Part shown: in pieces, positions 1 through 13,789 of the stretch
How the letters are laid out: every line of letters starts with the position of its first letter
Position numbering within the stretch: the first letter of the stretch is position 1
Assembly: GCA_024679065.1 (NCBI GenBank)
Contig: JAGIQG010000009.1
Location: 100,068,001 to 100,132,000 of the forward strand
Source: Sphyrna mokarran
Lineage: Eukaryota
Direction: 5' to 3'
Length of the DNA: 64,000 nucleotides
The notes under the pieces: generated by a model
What the model was told of the DNA's origin: nothing
The model's input: the letters and a program-made list of their open reading frames with translations, nothing else
Databases searched by the model: none
Program-made: the position numbers and the translations under genes

Positions 1-789
1 AAAATAATAATCCAATCAAAGATGACTTCAAGATCAGGTCAAAACGAATGTTGTTTAGTCCGAGTTTCTTCATGACTGTCCTGTAAATAATCTACTTGTA
101 ACATCCTGTTATAGAAATGCATCAATGCGTTATGCTGTCCAGTTGAGCGTCTAAAGCACCGTGTATCAAAATGAAGAGGGTTTGCAGCAATATTTTCAGA
201 ATTGTTCCACAACCGATTCGAATAACAGTATAACGTATCTGATTTATCAGAAGTTGTCAAATTAACCAGTTAAAAAAAAAACTTCCAAATTGCTATCTTC
301 TAAAACAATGCTCTCCGATGTTGCTCTGATTTGTCTGTTCAGTATCGACGTCCATGGCTTAGCATTCTCATTCAGTCATGCGAAATTATGCAGCAGCTGC
401 TGCTGAATAAGTCATTTATCAGATAATGCACGCGTTCACTGACCTGGCTGTTATTTTCGACAGGATGAATTTTTGGTTTCTGCTGGCTTAATCCAACATA
501 TTCCGAAAAAAAAATCCTCGAGAGATCAAGACGTCAAGTGCTGTTGCCTAATTCTCAATTTCAAAATTCATATTTTTTACATTTCATTCAGTAGGTATAT
601 TTGTCTGGAGCAATAGAAAAAAGATTGGGCATCACTCACTGAGCAATTCACCGTGCTTACGACCTTTGGGCCCATGGCAATCGTTGGTCCTATTAAACTG
701 CCAAATCACCGCAGAAGTAATCGATATTAACAAATACCTTCTTATAATAACTTTCGTGGTCTCGGGATACAGTTAAAACAATGACATCT

Positions 790-1937
790 AACTGGTGATG
801 TGGAAATTTGCCCAAGTACGCCTTGAACCCAAACCACAGGACAATTCAAACCAAGTTAGTTTGGTCCCGTCTGTCCAATATGAAAACCATTAGTGAAGTA
901 ATGGAATCGGTCATCAACAGTGCAATCAAGCAGCACTTGTTCAGTAATAACTTGTTCAATAAGTTCTGTTTTGCAGGAGTCATTCAGCTCCTAATATCAC
1001 AAAGAAAGATGTGGGAATGTTTACCAATGATCCCACGAGTTCAGCGTTATTTGCACATACTCAGATTCTAAATCATCCCATGTTCAAATGAAACATGACT
1101 TGAACAGAATGCCGGCTTTGTCTGACAATAGTAAGTAACATTTCGCGTCAAAAGAAATGTCTGGCAATTACTATCACCAAATCGAGTCATTCTAACTACT
1201 GCCACTGACATTCAATGGTGTCGCTATCATTGAACTCCATTGTCCTTATCTTTGGAATTAACATTGAATTGGGTTCCCTAAAGGAGTTGAGTGGATGCAA
1301 GTACAGACCAACCTTTTGTTATTCTGAGACGAGAAATTCAGTGCCCGACTTCCCAAAGCCATCTGCAATGCACTCTCCAGGAGTGTTGTGACATAGTCTC
1401 AAGTTCCCTGGATGGGTGCAGTTAATTCAACACTCAGTAAGCTTGACTTCATTCAGGTAATATTCACCCGCTTGATTTGAAAGGCATGCAATAACCTCCA
1501 GCCCTCGACCACCAACACTCGGTCGCAACACATATACTCTTTAAAGTCTACTTCGTATGAATTAAAAAAAACAATCGACATCGACTTCCAATCCCACAAT
1601 TAAATCCATCTGAGTGCATAGTGGCAGCAGTTATATGGAAACACCATGACTTACAAGATCCCCTCGAATCCTCGAATTGTATTGACTTATAAATATTGAA
1701 GAAGAAATAGTTCCTCCAAACCATTCATTGCAATGATCTGGAAATATGTTTGTGTCCTTTCGAAGTCAATGGGTAAAATCGTGGATTTCCATCTCATAAG
1801 GCATTGCGGGTCAATCCGCAGCACGTGAAGCTCAGTGTATCAAGGACGCAGCTCACTACCATTTTCTCAAAAGCAACTAGGGATCTGCAATAAATGCTAT
1901 CAGCCAGCAGCGCCCATGCACCATGAATAAATACAAA
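790..1937 (+). mobile_element. Decayed CR1/L2-group LINE, 3' portion (older second family)
   Basis: RT remnant (ISEVMESVINSAIKQHLFSNNL in ORF 808-1071) and a family-type 3' end caactagggatctgcaataaatgct...catgaataaatacaaa at ~1875-1937; many stops and deletions. Confidence 0.75.
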
Positions 1938-4638
1938 TGAAACACAACTTCTACCTTTGTGAAGTCATCGCCACCTCCAACGTGACGTTGTGAGTTCTTT
2001 GGGATTGGTGAAAGATAACATGTTGGACAAGACTGTATGCTCCCGATGCTCGTGATCAAGCGATTTTATTTACAGCGCTGAAAGAGTTATTCATTTTGTC
2101 AATAATTTTTTATCTCAGTTCAGAGTGTTAGCGTGACATACTCAGAAGAGAAAACTATGTGACGTGTACTTGACTCAACTATGTCTTATTTTTCAGATGT
2201 GCAAGGCTGAATAACTTACCATTAATTCAGGTTGACAATGAGACACCCACGGCAGATGTGAAGAATGCGTTTGGAGCGAGCACGTTTCAATGCCAAGGCA
2301 ATCATTCTATGAACCCATTGTGGATAGTGAGAATCCAATTTTCCACTTCATAACTTACCTCACTCATCTTGACCTATTTTTTAAAGAATGACGATAAGCT
2401 AGATTGCTGGGAGACCTTTCAGAATGCCAAGTCGTTAGAAAGATTAAGACTACGAAGTGGCCTGTGGTCTTTCCATCAAATCTATTGTTAGTTCCAGACT
2501 GAGAATATTTCACCTGCGATTCCTCCAGATCTTGAAAGCAAAAGCTTGGATTTGGACAAGATACGTTCATTTTTGAGTTTGATATGGCAAAATGGAAATA
2601 GTTTTCTCCGTCGCATACATGTGAAATCCATTGAAGTTTGATGCAGCTGCAGCGGTCGACGTGATTGATCCAGGTTCCCAATCTGTGCACCACACTTACA
2701 TCAAAGCACTGTCAACTCCCTCAAGAAGAGAGGACCATGTTTTTGTTTGCAGATCCAGTAGCAATGCCCTTTCCCCATTATTGCTGACTTTAGTCTTTCT
2801 GAAATTTGGAACCAGATTTTTTTTGACAAGCGAATCCATTACTATGGGCAGTTTGGGTCGACAGCCCATTGAAGGAAAGCATTTTGTTTCCATTCCGAGG
2901 TCGCCCCTGTCCCTGCCGTAGACACATATAAATAATGACATATAGAAAGAGTGCCGGACATTTGGCTGCACAGCCCGTTAGTTCTCATTGTATCAACGCT
3001 CACATGGGTAAGCGAATTTGCTTTTTCAACGGCTCTGCCATCTGACTAATTTTGGCTTTACGAACGGCCGACTGTGAATCCTTATATCTATAAGACTGTG
3101 CGAGCTTCAAATGTTTCCAAATAACCAGAATGAAATCACAGTTGACCTCACCTTTAACATCCACTTTCAGAGATGCCTCTGCTGATAACCGCTGCACAGT
3201 CATTGCGTATATAGAGTGCAATTCTATTTTGCGGATAACATGTAATTAATAGTGAGCCACTGCCAGCAGAATGACAGCTTAGTATCAGCAACAACTTTGG
3301 AAATGAATGTGTCCATCGACGAATTAAATATTTATCTTCACAGTTTATTACATTTATACAACCATGTTCATGCGAGGTTATCGAGCTTGCAACAACAAGA
3401 AATCTCACCATCAATGAGCGGTCTTACAATTGATGAGGTGCCAACCCGAGAACAATAAATGTCACATTCTAAACAGATTGTCGGGAGAAAGCTCATCACA
3501 AATCACACATGAATTGTCATGGCAACTAAGCCATTAGTACGTCTGCAGGAACCAAGCATTTTCGTATAAGATGGAAAACAGAATCACTTCGAATTATTTT
3601 TCAACAGACATGACGCATAGCAGACGAATCTCGGCAGCATTTTGAGCTCCACAACTCCAAGAGAGTAATCTTCAGAATAACTTAATTACAACCGCTGATA
3701 TAAACGCATTGTCAACGTCATCGGCTACAACACATCTTATATCCCTAACAATGTGGCACAGTAGGATTGTGGACTTTTGTTAAGAAGTAGCCGGTTTCCC
3801 AACCAACTGTCTCAGTTGAAACAAACTTTTTGTACGAAAGGATAACGTGCGGGACGGCACATTGTGATATATAAGTGTACAAAATGTGAAATATAACCTA
3901 ATTTTAACAAGGAGAAGGGAAACCTCTGTAATCTATGCTATGTAGGGGAAGTTATTAAATATTTGTTTGTAGGCTAGTACTCACATTTGTGTCCAAATAT
4001 TCCTTTTACGTCTTGACTAAACAGCCTTCTCCAAAAATGGAGAAAAAAACTGATTTCCAAAATTGCTCAGCAGTTGCCTCTCAATAATTTCAATGCGCAT
4101 TTGAACGACTGCAGTATCATGGAACTGTGGATTTTTTACTGTGTGTGTGAGTAAAGCGTAATACTAAGGATGATAGTTGCGTTTCCTACAAGTTTTTGTT
4201 TTACAGTCTTATGATAGCATGTCATGATATATGCTGCATCTCTTTCTAACTTCTGTTCCCGCCAGTTGCTTCAGTAGAGCTACTTGCTGCATCAAACGAT
4301 GAGATTTGGGGATCTTCTTTGATTAATGGCAAGTGTGCAGTAACGTCTGTCTCTGTTTTGATGTTAAACAATCCGTGTTCGTGTGCTGGAAGAATTTTAC
4401 CAGGCAGAGTCTTGAATTGATAATGGAAAATATCATTCACCACCCATAATGTCAGACAGTAATAATTTCGAAGATAAATAGATCCAGTGATCTTCACTCA
4501 ACGGTGTTTGAAGTATTTGTGGGCTTCTCCACCTCCAGCCCCGTAAAATTTGTGGATATCAGTGTCATTAATTTTGCTTGACCAGTCAATTAATGCAGCT
4601 TATAAGTGTATGTCAGAAGTTCAAACCATCCCTATATA

Positions 4639-6254
4639 CATAGAACATAGAACATAGAACACTACAGCACAGAACAGGCCCTTCGGCCTTCGATGTTGCG
4701 CCGACCAATATAAAAAGCATTGCCCCTCCAAACTAAACCATTCCCTTCTCTTCCATATACTTATCAACTAACCTCTTAAACGCCACCAAACTTGGCGCAT
4801 CTACAACTGCTGCAGGCAGGGCATTCCACTCCCGAACCACCCTTTGGGTAAAGAACCTACCTCTGATATCCGTCCTATAACTATCACCCCTTAATTTAAA
4901 GCTGTGTCCCCTCGTGCTAGCTTTTTCCATCCTAGGAAAAAGGCTATCACTGTCCACCCTATCTAAACCTCTAATCATCTTATATGTTTCGATTAGGTCC
5001 CCTCTTAGCCGCCTCCTTTCTAACGAAAACAACCTCAAATCCCTCAGCCTCTCTTCATAAGACCTGCCCTCCATACCAGGCAACATCCTGGTAAACCTCC
5101 TCTGTACCCTCTCCAATGCCTCCACATCTTTCTTATAATGTGGGGACCAGAACTGCACACAATACTCCAAGTGCGGCCGCACTAGAGTTTTGTACAGTTG
5201 CAACATGACGTTGCGGCTCCGAAATTCAATCCCCCTACCAATAAAAGCCAAGACTCCATATGCCTTCCTAACAACCTTCTCGACCTGACTGCCTACTTTC
5301 AGGGATCTATGCACATACACACCAAGATCCCTCTGTTCATCTAGACTACTAAGAATCCTACCATTAGCCCTATACTCTACACATTTATTATTTCTGCCAT
5401 AGTGCATTACCTCACACTTTTCCACATTAAACTCCATTTGCCACCTCTCGGCCCAGCTCTGCAACTTGTCCAAGTCCCTCTGCAAACTATAACACCCCTC
5501 TTCACTATCTACCACTCCACCGACTTTAGTGTCATCTGCAAATTTACTAATCCATCCCTCAATACCCTCATCCAGATCATTTATAAAAATTACAAACAGC
5601 AGGGGCCCCAAAACAGACCCCTGAGGTACACCACTTGTCACCGAACTCCACGATGAATATCTCCCATCAACCACCACCCTCTGTCTTCTATCTGCTAGCC
5701 AATTCCTAACCCAATTAGCTAAATCACCCTCTATCCCATACATCTGCATTTTCTGCAGAAGTCTTCCATGGGCCACCTTATCAAACGCCTTACTAAAGTC
5801 CATATATACCACATCAACCGCCTTACCCCCATCCACCTCTTTAGTCACTTTTTCAAAAAACTCAATGAGGTTAGTAAGGCACGACCTACCCTTCACAAAA
5901 CCATGCTGACTATCCCCAATCAATTCATTTCTCTCTAAATAACTATAAATCCTATCCCTAATAATTCTCTCCAATACTTTGCCCACAACAGAAGTAAGAC
6001 TCACTGGCCTATAATTCCCTGGAAGGTCTCTCTTCCCCTTCTTGAACAACGGGACCACATTCGCTATCCTCCAGTCCTCCGGAACCACACCCGTAACCAA
6101 CGACGACCTGAAGATCAGAGCCAGAGGCTCTGCAATCTCCTCTCTTGCCTCCCAGAGAATCCTAGGGTAAATCCCGTCCGGGCCAGGGGACTTATCCAAC
6201 TTCAAACCCTCGAGAATATCTAGCACATCCTCCCTATCTGCTTCGATACCTTCC
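4639..6254 (-). mobile_element. Young 5'-truncated CR1 LINE (HER1-like)
   Basis: Open RT frame with [33 protein letters not shown] and KFADD motifs; short 3' UTR and (TTCTATG)n tail at 4639-4660; near-identical to 50130-51720. Confidence 0.95.
4733..6254 (-). CDS. CR1 ORF2 reverse transcriptase and C-terminal region (uninterrupted, 5'-truncated, no endonuclease domain)
   Basis: ORF 4733-6316. The first ~20 codons come from flanking DNA and do not match the CR1 copy at 50.1 kb. Confidence 0.9.
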
Positions 6255-6870
6255 AGTTTGAATATACAGAACCATTTGGTTTGTATCAACTGCAATTCTC
6301 CTTCCCATAACTCCACGTTAGCCCTGCTAATCCCCTGAAACTATTGTCAATTTACCATGACCAATCAAATTAAAACGTACATCTTTGCAGTTGGACATAT
6401 GCAGCAAATTACTGATATTGTCGCCCTGGAAATTCGTCTTCCAAATATAAAGTTCGGGAACGCGGTAGAAAACACCTATTAACTGTGTCCCCAACACTCT
6501 GACGAAGCTCGGTAACCTCAACGAAATAATGGCGTCCTGCTTGCCCAGCGACCTATCCACGATCTTAAACATCTGATTGATCAAGTTTGCTTATATTGCT
6601 AAATCAGATACTTCAGTGTCTTGAATAATATGCGCACATTCAGCAGTGAGCATTGAGGCCAGCTGTTCAGCCTTGATTTTCTAGTATAGAGCCGTCTTGA
6701 AGGAAAACAATGCGGAATAAGCAAAAAGCTTATTCCACAGTTCCATATCGACATCAAAAGTCCTAAATAACAGGCTAGCCTTCTTCAGATATCGGACATG
6801 TATTATTGTAATCAAATAACAGTGACATGAATAAATATGAGCCATGTTTGACTTTTTCGCTGACATTTAC

Positions 6871-6900
6871 CTTGTAAAGCATTTGCAAGTTTTTGCGTTG
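6871..6900 (-). CDS. Candidate 30-nt microexon, phase-1 peptide ATQKLANALQ
   Basis: Minus strand: T-rich tract ...ctttatAG|CAACGCAAAAACTTGCAAATGCTTTACAAG|GTAAAT; strong acceptor and donor, length a multiple of 3. Confidence 0.6.
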
Positions 6901-7744
6901 CTATAAAGAAAAAAAGTCAAGTTATTTAGTTATCTAAATTCAAGCAAAGTGTTATTGTATCGATCGAAAGCTTCCTTTCATCAGATTGCATTCCTCATTT
7001 TTCATATGCCTCTGTTAGGGAATGCCTGAATGAGTTTGTAGTCACAATAGACCGCTTTGGAATAAACTTCGGTCTTCACGTCATCAGTTGCTCTCTACTT
7101 CTCGAATTCGGAGATTAATCATATACAGAATTGAAACGAATTCTGAGAAACTACTTTGCAAATCAGAATATGCTAAGTCATTACAAAATTAGTTATCATT
7201 CCAGTTATCCAGATTCAAGATACAACAGATGCTGGAAATTGACGTGTGAAAAAAAATGTTTGAAATACTCAACATTCTGCCTAGAAATGTTAACACCGTA
7301 TAATTGCTGAGACGATGCTTGGCCTGCTTTGTTTTGCACACATCACAACTTTACTTATTATTTTGGAACTGATTCTGATGTGGCTACATGAAATGTAGCT
7401 TATGAAGTTTGCAGGTGAATGGGCAGATTTATAGAGCAACCTGTAACCTCTGGCTTTCCTATTCTGGAAAATACAAAGGGGAGAGCCATAATTTATAACA
7501 TCAACCATTTTTGGGACGTGCAATCGTACATCAAATAAGCTTCAACCTGGAAAGATGCAAATTGCGTAATCGATTTTAAAGTCACGAAACGTCTCATTGC
7601 CGGAATTTTTCCTTTGCATTGTATGGAACGAGTTTTACGATATTTCCAATTTTCCAATGAATATGAGGTAGATTGTGCAAGTTCCAAACTATTCGATAGT
7701 GGAAAAAAATGTATTTCTGGGCAAGAAACATTAAGTCAGACTGA

Positions 7745-8110
7745 TTTTTTTTTTGCTACTGATATGTACGGGGACCTGTGAATCCTTGTGTCATGGGCGG
7801 TGCTGGTAGGTCAGAATTCCATTGTTCATCCCAGATTGTTCTTAAGAAGTTGATGGCGAGCTTGAATCCCTGCAGCCCATGTGCTTTGGGTTGACCCGCA
7901 CCTTTAAGGAGGACATTGCAGGATTTTGACCAAGAGACTATGAAGGAATGATAATATATTTTCATGTTAGGATGGTGAGTGCCTTGGGCGGAGCTGTGCA
8001 GTGGTGGTATTCCTATTTATCTGTCGCCCTTGGCCTTCGGGATGGAAGTGGTCATTAGTTTGGAAGGTGCTGTCTAATGATCTTTGGTGAATTGCTGCAG
8101 TACCTTCAGT
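7745..8110 (-). mobile_element. Decayed 3' end of CR1/L2-group LINE (same family as 790-1937)
   Basis: Poly-T end followed by ggatggaagtggtc...tttggaaggtgctgtc...ggtgaattgctgcagt, antisense to the family 3' region. Confidence 0.65.
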
Positions 8111-9467
8111 GGATATTTTATGTTCAACTTTCAGCCTTCCTTAATTGACTATCATATCAGCCTCTTCAATATCTCGCAGTGAATCCCACTTGCATTCCAG
8201 ACGTTCTGCTGACTATTAAGCACAATTTCACCAAGACCTAGACAACATAATATGGTGCAGTGCACCCATACCTTTCTCCTAAGCAAACTAACCACGAACA
8301 CCACCCTGAAACAAGTCGACTCTGTACCAATCACCAAACAAATATGTGGCCGTGAACATAATAACTAGTCGCTATCCAGTTGGTAGATCAGAATCATCCC
8401 AATGGGACGATATACATAACAGCCAATTGTCGAAGGGCAGACTATTCTCCAGATCAGCAAACTGCAATCCAATGTTTTATCTAATCTGCAAGCATACGTT
8501 ACTACATCAGAAACACAGATACTTGTGGCCTCAAACGAATCATTTGTTAACGGGAATAGATAATCTATCTAGCAGATTACGGAGGCTGACTGACACAGAT
8601 ATGTTAGACACAATACCCCTTGCAAACTACCAACACGTAACGGAAATGCACCACACAAATTTCACAGTTGTTCTGCAGATACAAACAGCTATCTCTGTCT
8701 GACCCGGCATACACTCCTCCAGCCGATTGACATCAACCTTATCCGTGCACCCTTCAGAAAATCTCGTTCGGCTTCCTTCTTCACTTTTCTGTCCATACTG
8801 CAACAGCCTAATAGCCATCTACAAAAAAAATGCTTACAAAAATATCAACTTCACCAATAATCCAACTCAAACATATGCCCACATACAATCCTCTTAAACT
8901 ATCCACTATCTTACCACCGGTGCATTTGCCTGTCTCATTGTCTTACGCATCTTATCCAACTGTCAACCAGTCCCCCCATGTATTGCCTGTGGACCCTCCC
9001 CCCAAAAAAACACATAACTGAACAGCATTTTCTAACTACATAGTAACCAAACTCATACATGTATCCATAAAATTATCTACTTACTTTCGCACGCACCGAT
9101 TTACACAATTCTCCATTGGTCTACGTAAGCCATCAATATTCACTCAAATGATCTGATCCACACACCGCTAATCCGTATTACAATCCTCTACTTTTCGGAG
9201 ACAAGATGCACCACACTCACTTACCTAACAATCATTGATATATCTCATTCAATTTCCCAGCCTTCTACTCAAATGCAGCGAACGATTCGTGTAACAATTG
9301 GGCTACATCAACCACTTTTCCAATTGGTGGTTCAAACACCTGTCCTGCCCCTCTGATGTGTGCATGTCATTCTTCTATCTATAATCCAATCTGCACACAC
9401 ATAGAACATTCCAACCACTCATCTACACGTCTTATCTATTTACATAATTCCACCTAGCTACTCGAAG

Positions 9468-9786
9468 TGGTCGGACAATGGTTAGCACTGCTGCCTCACA
9501 GCGCCGGGGGCCCGGATTTGATTCCGGGTTTCCGTCAGTACCTGTGTGGACTTTGCATATTCTGCCTGTGTCTGTGTGGGTTTCCTCCAGGCGCCCTTGT
9601 TCCTTCCACAATCGAAACATTTGTATGTTATATGGATTGTCGATGCTAAAATGCACTTTAGTGTCAGGGACAAGCTATGTAAGTGTTTGTGTTTACAGAG
9701 GTAGGAGCTGCGTGGGATTGTGGTGGGTGCAGACTCAATGGGCCGTATGGCCTCTATCAGCACTGCAAGAGACTATGATTCTATTA
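9468..9786 (+). mobile_element. HE1-type V-SINE (tRNA-derived)
   Basis: tRNA-like head tggttagcactgctgcctcacagc...gattcc; V-domain tgtgtggactttgcatattct...tgggtttcctcc; CR1-like tail tgggccgtatggcct...gcactg...attctatt. Confidence 0.9.
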
Positions 9787-12218
9787 TACTCAATATCATG
9801 CCGAATCAGTCCATCGACATGCGATATTTCTAACCAACCATGACCTACGAAAACAACACCCCTCTCACTCGTATCATTAAGCCTACCTGTCCATTTACCT
9901 ATCCCCTTCATTCCAGCAGTAACAATCACCTTTCCATCTGTGATTCTCAACTATTTACATGCTTACTCGATCACACGTTTAAAATGAGAACCTAACCCAG
10001 CTTTAGGCACAGATCAATGAACGCCATAGCTATGCACTTCAACCCTGATCCAGCTCATTTTTGGATTTGACACTTTGTCAACACAATGACCCATCTATTC
10101 ATCACTCCCATGTATCCAGTTTTTAGGTTTTACCCAGCTTTCGCGCTCACCTCCCACGCTAATGTTATAATCTTCAGTAATTCATCGCGTCAATGATTCA
10201 CTCGTTTGATTTGCAAAGCATGAACTCTTAAACCACTTTGAACATTGGAGCTGGTGCAGGCAAATCTGACCTGTCTCCTCATACACCAACTCTACACTGC
10301 CCATCGATCTTCAGTACGAGGCTCTAAGCTTCCCATGTAAATTTCATGGCTATTTGGCATTTACTTGCAGTATTATGAATAGCTTGGAGATTTTTTTAAA
10401 TCTTTACGGGAAATGCAAATTTGCCGAACTTGTCCGCTAATCAAACCATGCAAGCTTATGTGTTTTGCAGAGAAGTTCGCTTGCTCCCATACATTGTGCT
10501 ATTTATGTGGAATGATGTTTGGCTAACCTCACAAAATTAATGAATACAATTCAAAGAATGAAAGCATTTCAAACACAATTCACATTTAAGTAGTATAACT
10601 GTTAAGCGTCAATTGATTCAATTTTTTACTGTGATCATTGATGCTTACTTTTCCTACCTGAATTTTTCAGTGCCTCCTGCAATTCCGCCAACTCTGAATA
10701 ACAAATCGACACCCTATTTAATTAATTGTATGTTAGCAAGATTTTGATTCTCTGCTCAAGACTTATCAACAAATCAAACATTTTTTTGGGGAAGTAGACT
10801 CGTCAAATTGAGGTGGCATATCACCTAGGACATATAGGTGAAAACATTTAAGTTCATAACGTGACAAAAAAGAAAACAAAACATAACAGCTGCCCGATTT
10901 TTAATGGGAACTCATCAAGTTGCGATATTACATCAGTTTGCGTCGAGCGAAAATCAAATGTGATACAGTCCACTGTTCTGGTGTGACGCTCAAATTAGGA
11001 TCCTCACCGGGCAAATATCAAAACGTGAATTATGAAACACTTTCGCCAGTAATACTTTTGACTTGTGTTGCCATACAAAAGATAGACTTCACACAATACA
11101 TTTTGTATTGCAGATATGGAGCCTTATTTGCTAACAAGTGGATAGGTAATTGATAAGTTACTGTATCTGCTGTGATAGTAGAATCGAATCACACCACGAT
11201 CATTCATGAGCATAATTCGATCAAAGGCAAAGGAACACTTCAAAGACGTGACCTCTATAACATCGACGAATTTGTAAAATCGCTGTCATTATTATCATTT
11301 GGTTCCTTAATGCATTTAGAGTTGGAAAAGGCCTTCAAGATCGCGTCGAAGCCAGAATGGTACTTTCGGGTCAACAGCAATATTATTAAGAATTATTATT
11401 CTCGGAAATGCCCCAGCTAATCACCGACTTGTGCAAATAATCTGTAGAAATAAAACAATTACACATGCGACATCTAATAACATATAATGGTGTTGTGCCA
11501 AAAATTATCACGCAGCTTAGTCAAGCATCAGCATGTCGTATTTGTACTAACATAATGGCACCAAATATCCTCAGTTCCACCCCCGTCCACATTAACTGAC
11601 ATTTTTGTTTTAATTCTGTAGAACACTTAGTTTCGCTATGATAGTTAACCCCGTGTTCAGAATTGGCAGTTGTGACTCTGGATTCTCATTTTTGCATGGT
11701 GGCTTCTGCTACATTTGCTGTAAAACCGGACAGTTGGGAGAAAAAAAAGAACCTATTCACTGGTCTCCATTTGCTTTTGCCCTCTTCTCGACAAGTAAAG
11801 CGATTCTTGTTTGGCTCGCCTTTTCCACTTTATTCCAAAATGTCGAACTCCATAGCTAATGGTATCAGGGATTGCATCTCCGTTCTTAGTGTCATTATTC
11901 ACCATTCACTTTCTACTTACAGGTAGCATTCTGTGGAACCAGCTCTCAAGAAGGGGCATCCTGTTTCGAACGGTTATCTCGATTCTATTTCTACGGAAGC
12001 TCTCAGACCTGCTTATATTTTCCAGCATATTATGTTTTGTTTTCCTTCCGAACGATGGTATCGTTAGAATCGTATTGAATATACATCACTCACAGATTTG
12101 AACATCCTCTATCATTTGCAATTTATTAGGATATCAAATCTCTGATACTGGCCCAAATGAAAATTATGTTGACTGCTCTGCATCGTTATCCAAACGAATT
12201 GCTGATGCGTTATTATAC

Positions 12219-12245
12219 CTGCGTCTCGTTCATCAATTTCTGCCT
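12219..12245 (-). CDS. Candidate 27-nt microexon, phase-1 peptide EAEIDERDA
   Basis: Minus strand: ttttttatttattttttgctcatAG|AGGCAGAAATTGATGAACGAGACGCAG|GTATAA; long T tract, purine-rich exon, 27 nt. Confidence 0.65.
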
Positions 12246-12529
12246 CTATGAGCAAAAAATAAATAAAAAATACCAAATTTTACAATCGAAATTCAACAAT
12301 TATACTTCGTTATAGTGCGAATTAAAAAAATGAGGTGGCTTGTAGCCTAGAACATACAGATAAAAACATTCAAGCTGATAACGTGCACTTCTTTCTTATT
12401 GGAAATATACTCAAAGGAATATATTAGCAACAGGAGTCCAAGATGCCATGGATATTGCTCTAGCATTCATTATTTTCTTAGTTGATCATTAATGTCAATC
12501 ACATGATCAACAATACCAACTCTCCACCC

Positions 12530-13015
12530 CCAGCCAATTTTCTTCATTCTCCTTGACCCTATATATATTATGGCATCATCAAAACGTACAACATTTTGCG
12601 TTTAAATGCTTTTTTGTGGTAACAAATTCCTCAGCCTGACGAAACTCTATTTGAAGACATTTCCCGCTGCCCTAAGAGGTCTATATGCATGCTCAGGTTC
12701 TGGACAATCCAACATATCAACGTCTTTTTGGATCAATCCTGTCAAGACATTCTCAAGAGTTGTAGATTATTAAAAAGTCTCCTTTCATTCTCCTGAACTC
12801 CAGGGAATAACATTCTAACTGACTCAATGTCTCCCCATGTTTCATTCTGCCATCTCAGAAAACAATCCAGTAAACGTGCTCTGCAACCCATGTACAGCAA
12901 GCGCATGGTTCCTCAGATGAGGAAGCCATACCTCTGCACAGTACTCCAGGTGTGGATTAAGGCATCAAGGCATCTCTGTTTCTGCTTTCGTATCTTCTCG
13001 TAATGAGTGCCAACA
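12530..13015 (-). mobile_element. Heavily decayed CR1 3' fragment
   Basis: Remnants cagtactccaggtgtgg (PHLEYC) and tcctgaactccagggaata, colinear with the C-terminal region of the young CR1. Confidence 0.6.
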
Positions 13016-13789
13016 TATAAATGTCGCGCTTCCTGATGATCCAACCGGAAACATCGTCACTTTGGGTCGAGTGACAATGGCGTAAGCGACTGGCCGAGAA
13101 GTGGTAATATGAATGTAATTGCGCCTCTGTCGCCGTTAGAGTCCAATTACACTCAGAAGGTTCGGGAACTGATATTAAATCCGTTCATGCGCGGAAATAT
13201 GGTCTCCAGTAGCTCTAGTCCAATTAGCTGTGTGGAATTTCCTGCTTCTATAACACAGTGATTCACGCCTTTCTGCAGGTACCATCTGGGTGTCATCTCT
13301 ATGGGCACCGAGTGATGGTGCTTAAATGACTCGCTGATGATATTGAGCGGGTGCAAACATGCCCCCTAAGAAAACTGCCACCAGGAGACTGCCAGCAATT
13401 ATAGTGATATTGTTAATTTAATGTGATGTCATTGAGAAGTGGCAGAAGTTTCTTAGCTGTGGCGATCTTGACTTTCTAACCAACAGCAAGTCGTGCCAGG
13501 CTAGTGGTCCCACACTGATTCAAGTAGGCTACAACGTGGCAGACCTGATTATGTACTGGATATACGACTGGCCGAGAATTACCAAACAGACTCCTGGAAT
13601 TCAAATCCGTTTTGATATTTTAAAGAAAAACACATGACAGATGGTGTATGCTATTTGTTCCGAGAGTAGTTGGTGACACACATTCAACCATCGAAAATGT
13701 GTGTCGCACCGATCAAGGCCCAGGACCAGGAATTTTCGACTCCCTCGATCGGTCAAAGTAGAAAATCGATTATTCTAAGACCAGGGCCC

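Noticed and set aside
19-42. aagatgacttcaagatcaggt resembling the microexon 3' half on the plus strand
   Set aside because: Short match on the opposite strand with no unit flanks or acceptor; likely chance
3152-3181. Possible 30-nt minus-strand exon (AEASLKVDVK) with GTGAGG donor
   Set aside because: No convincing pyrimidine tract at the acceptor; worth rechecking only if RNA data confirm the host gene
6327-6584. ORF with LIGVFYRVP resembling the CR1 endonuclease motif LLGVFYRPP
   Set aside because: Single short motif; GDFN and SDH motifs absent; not colinear with the adjacent CR1
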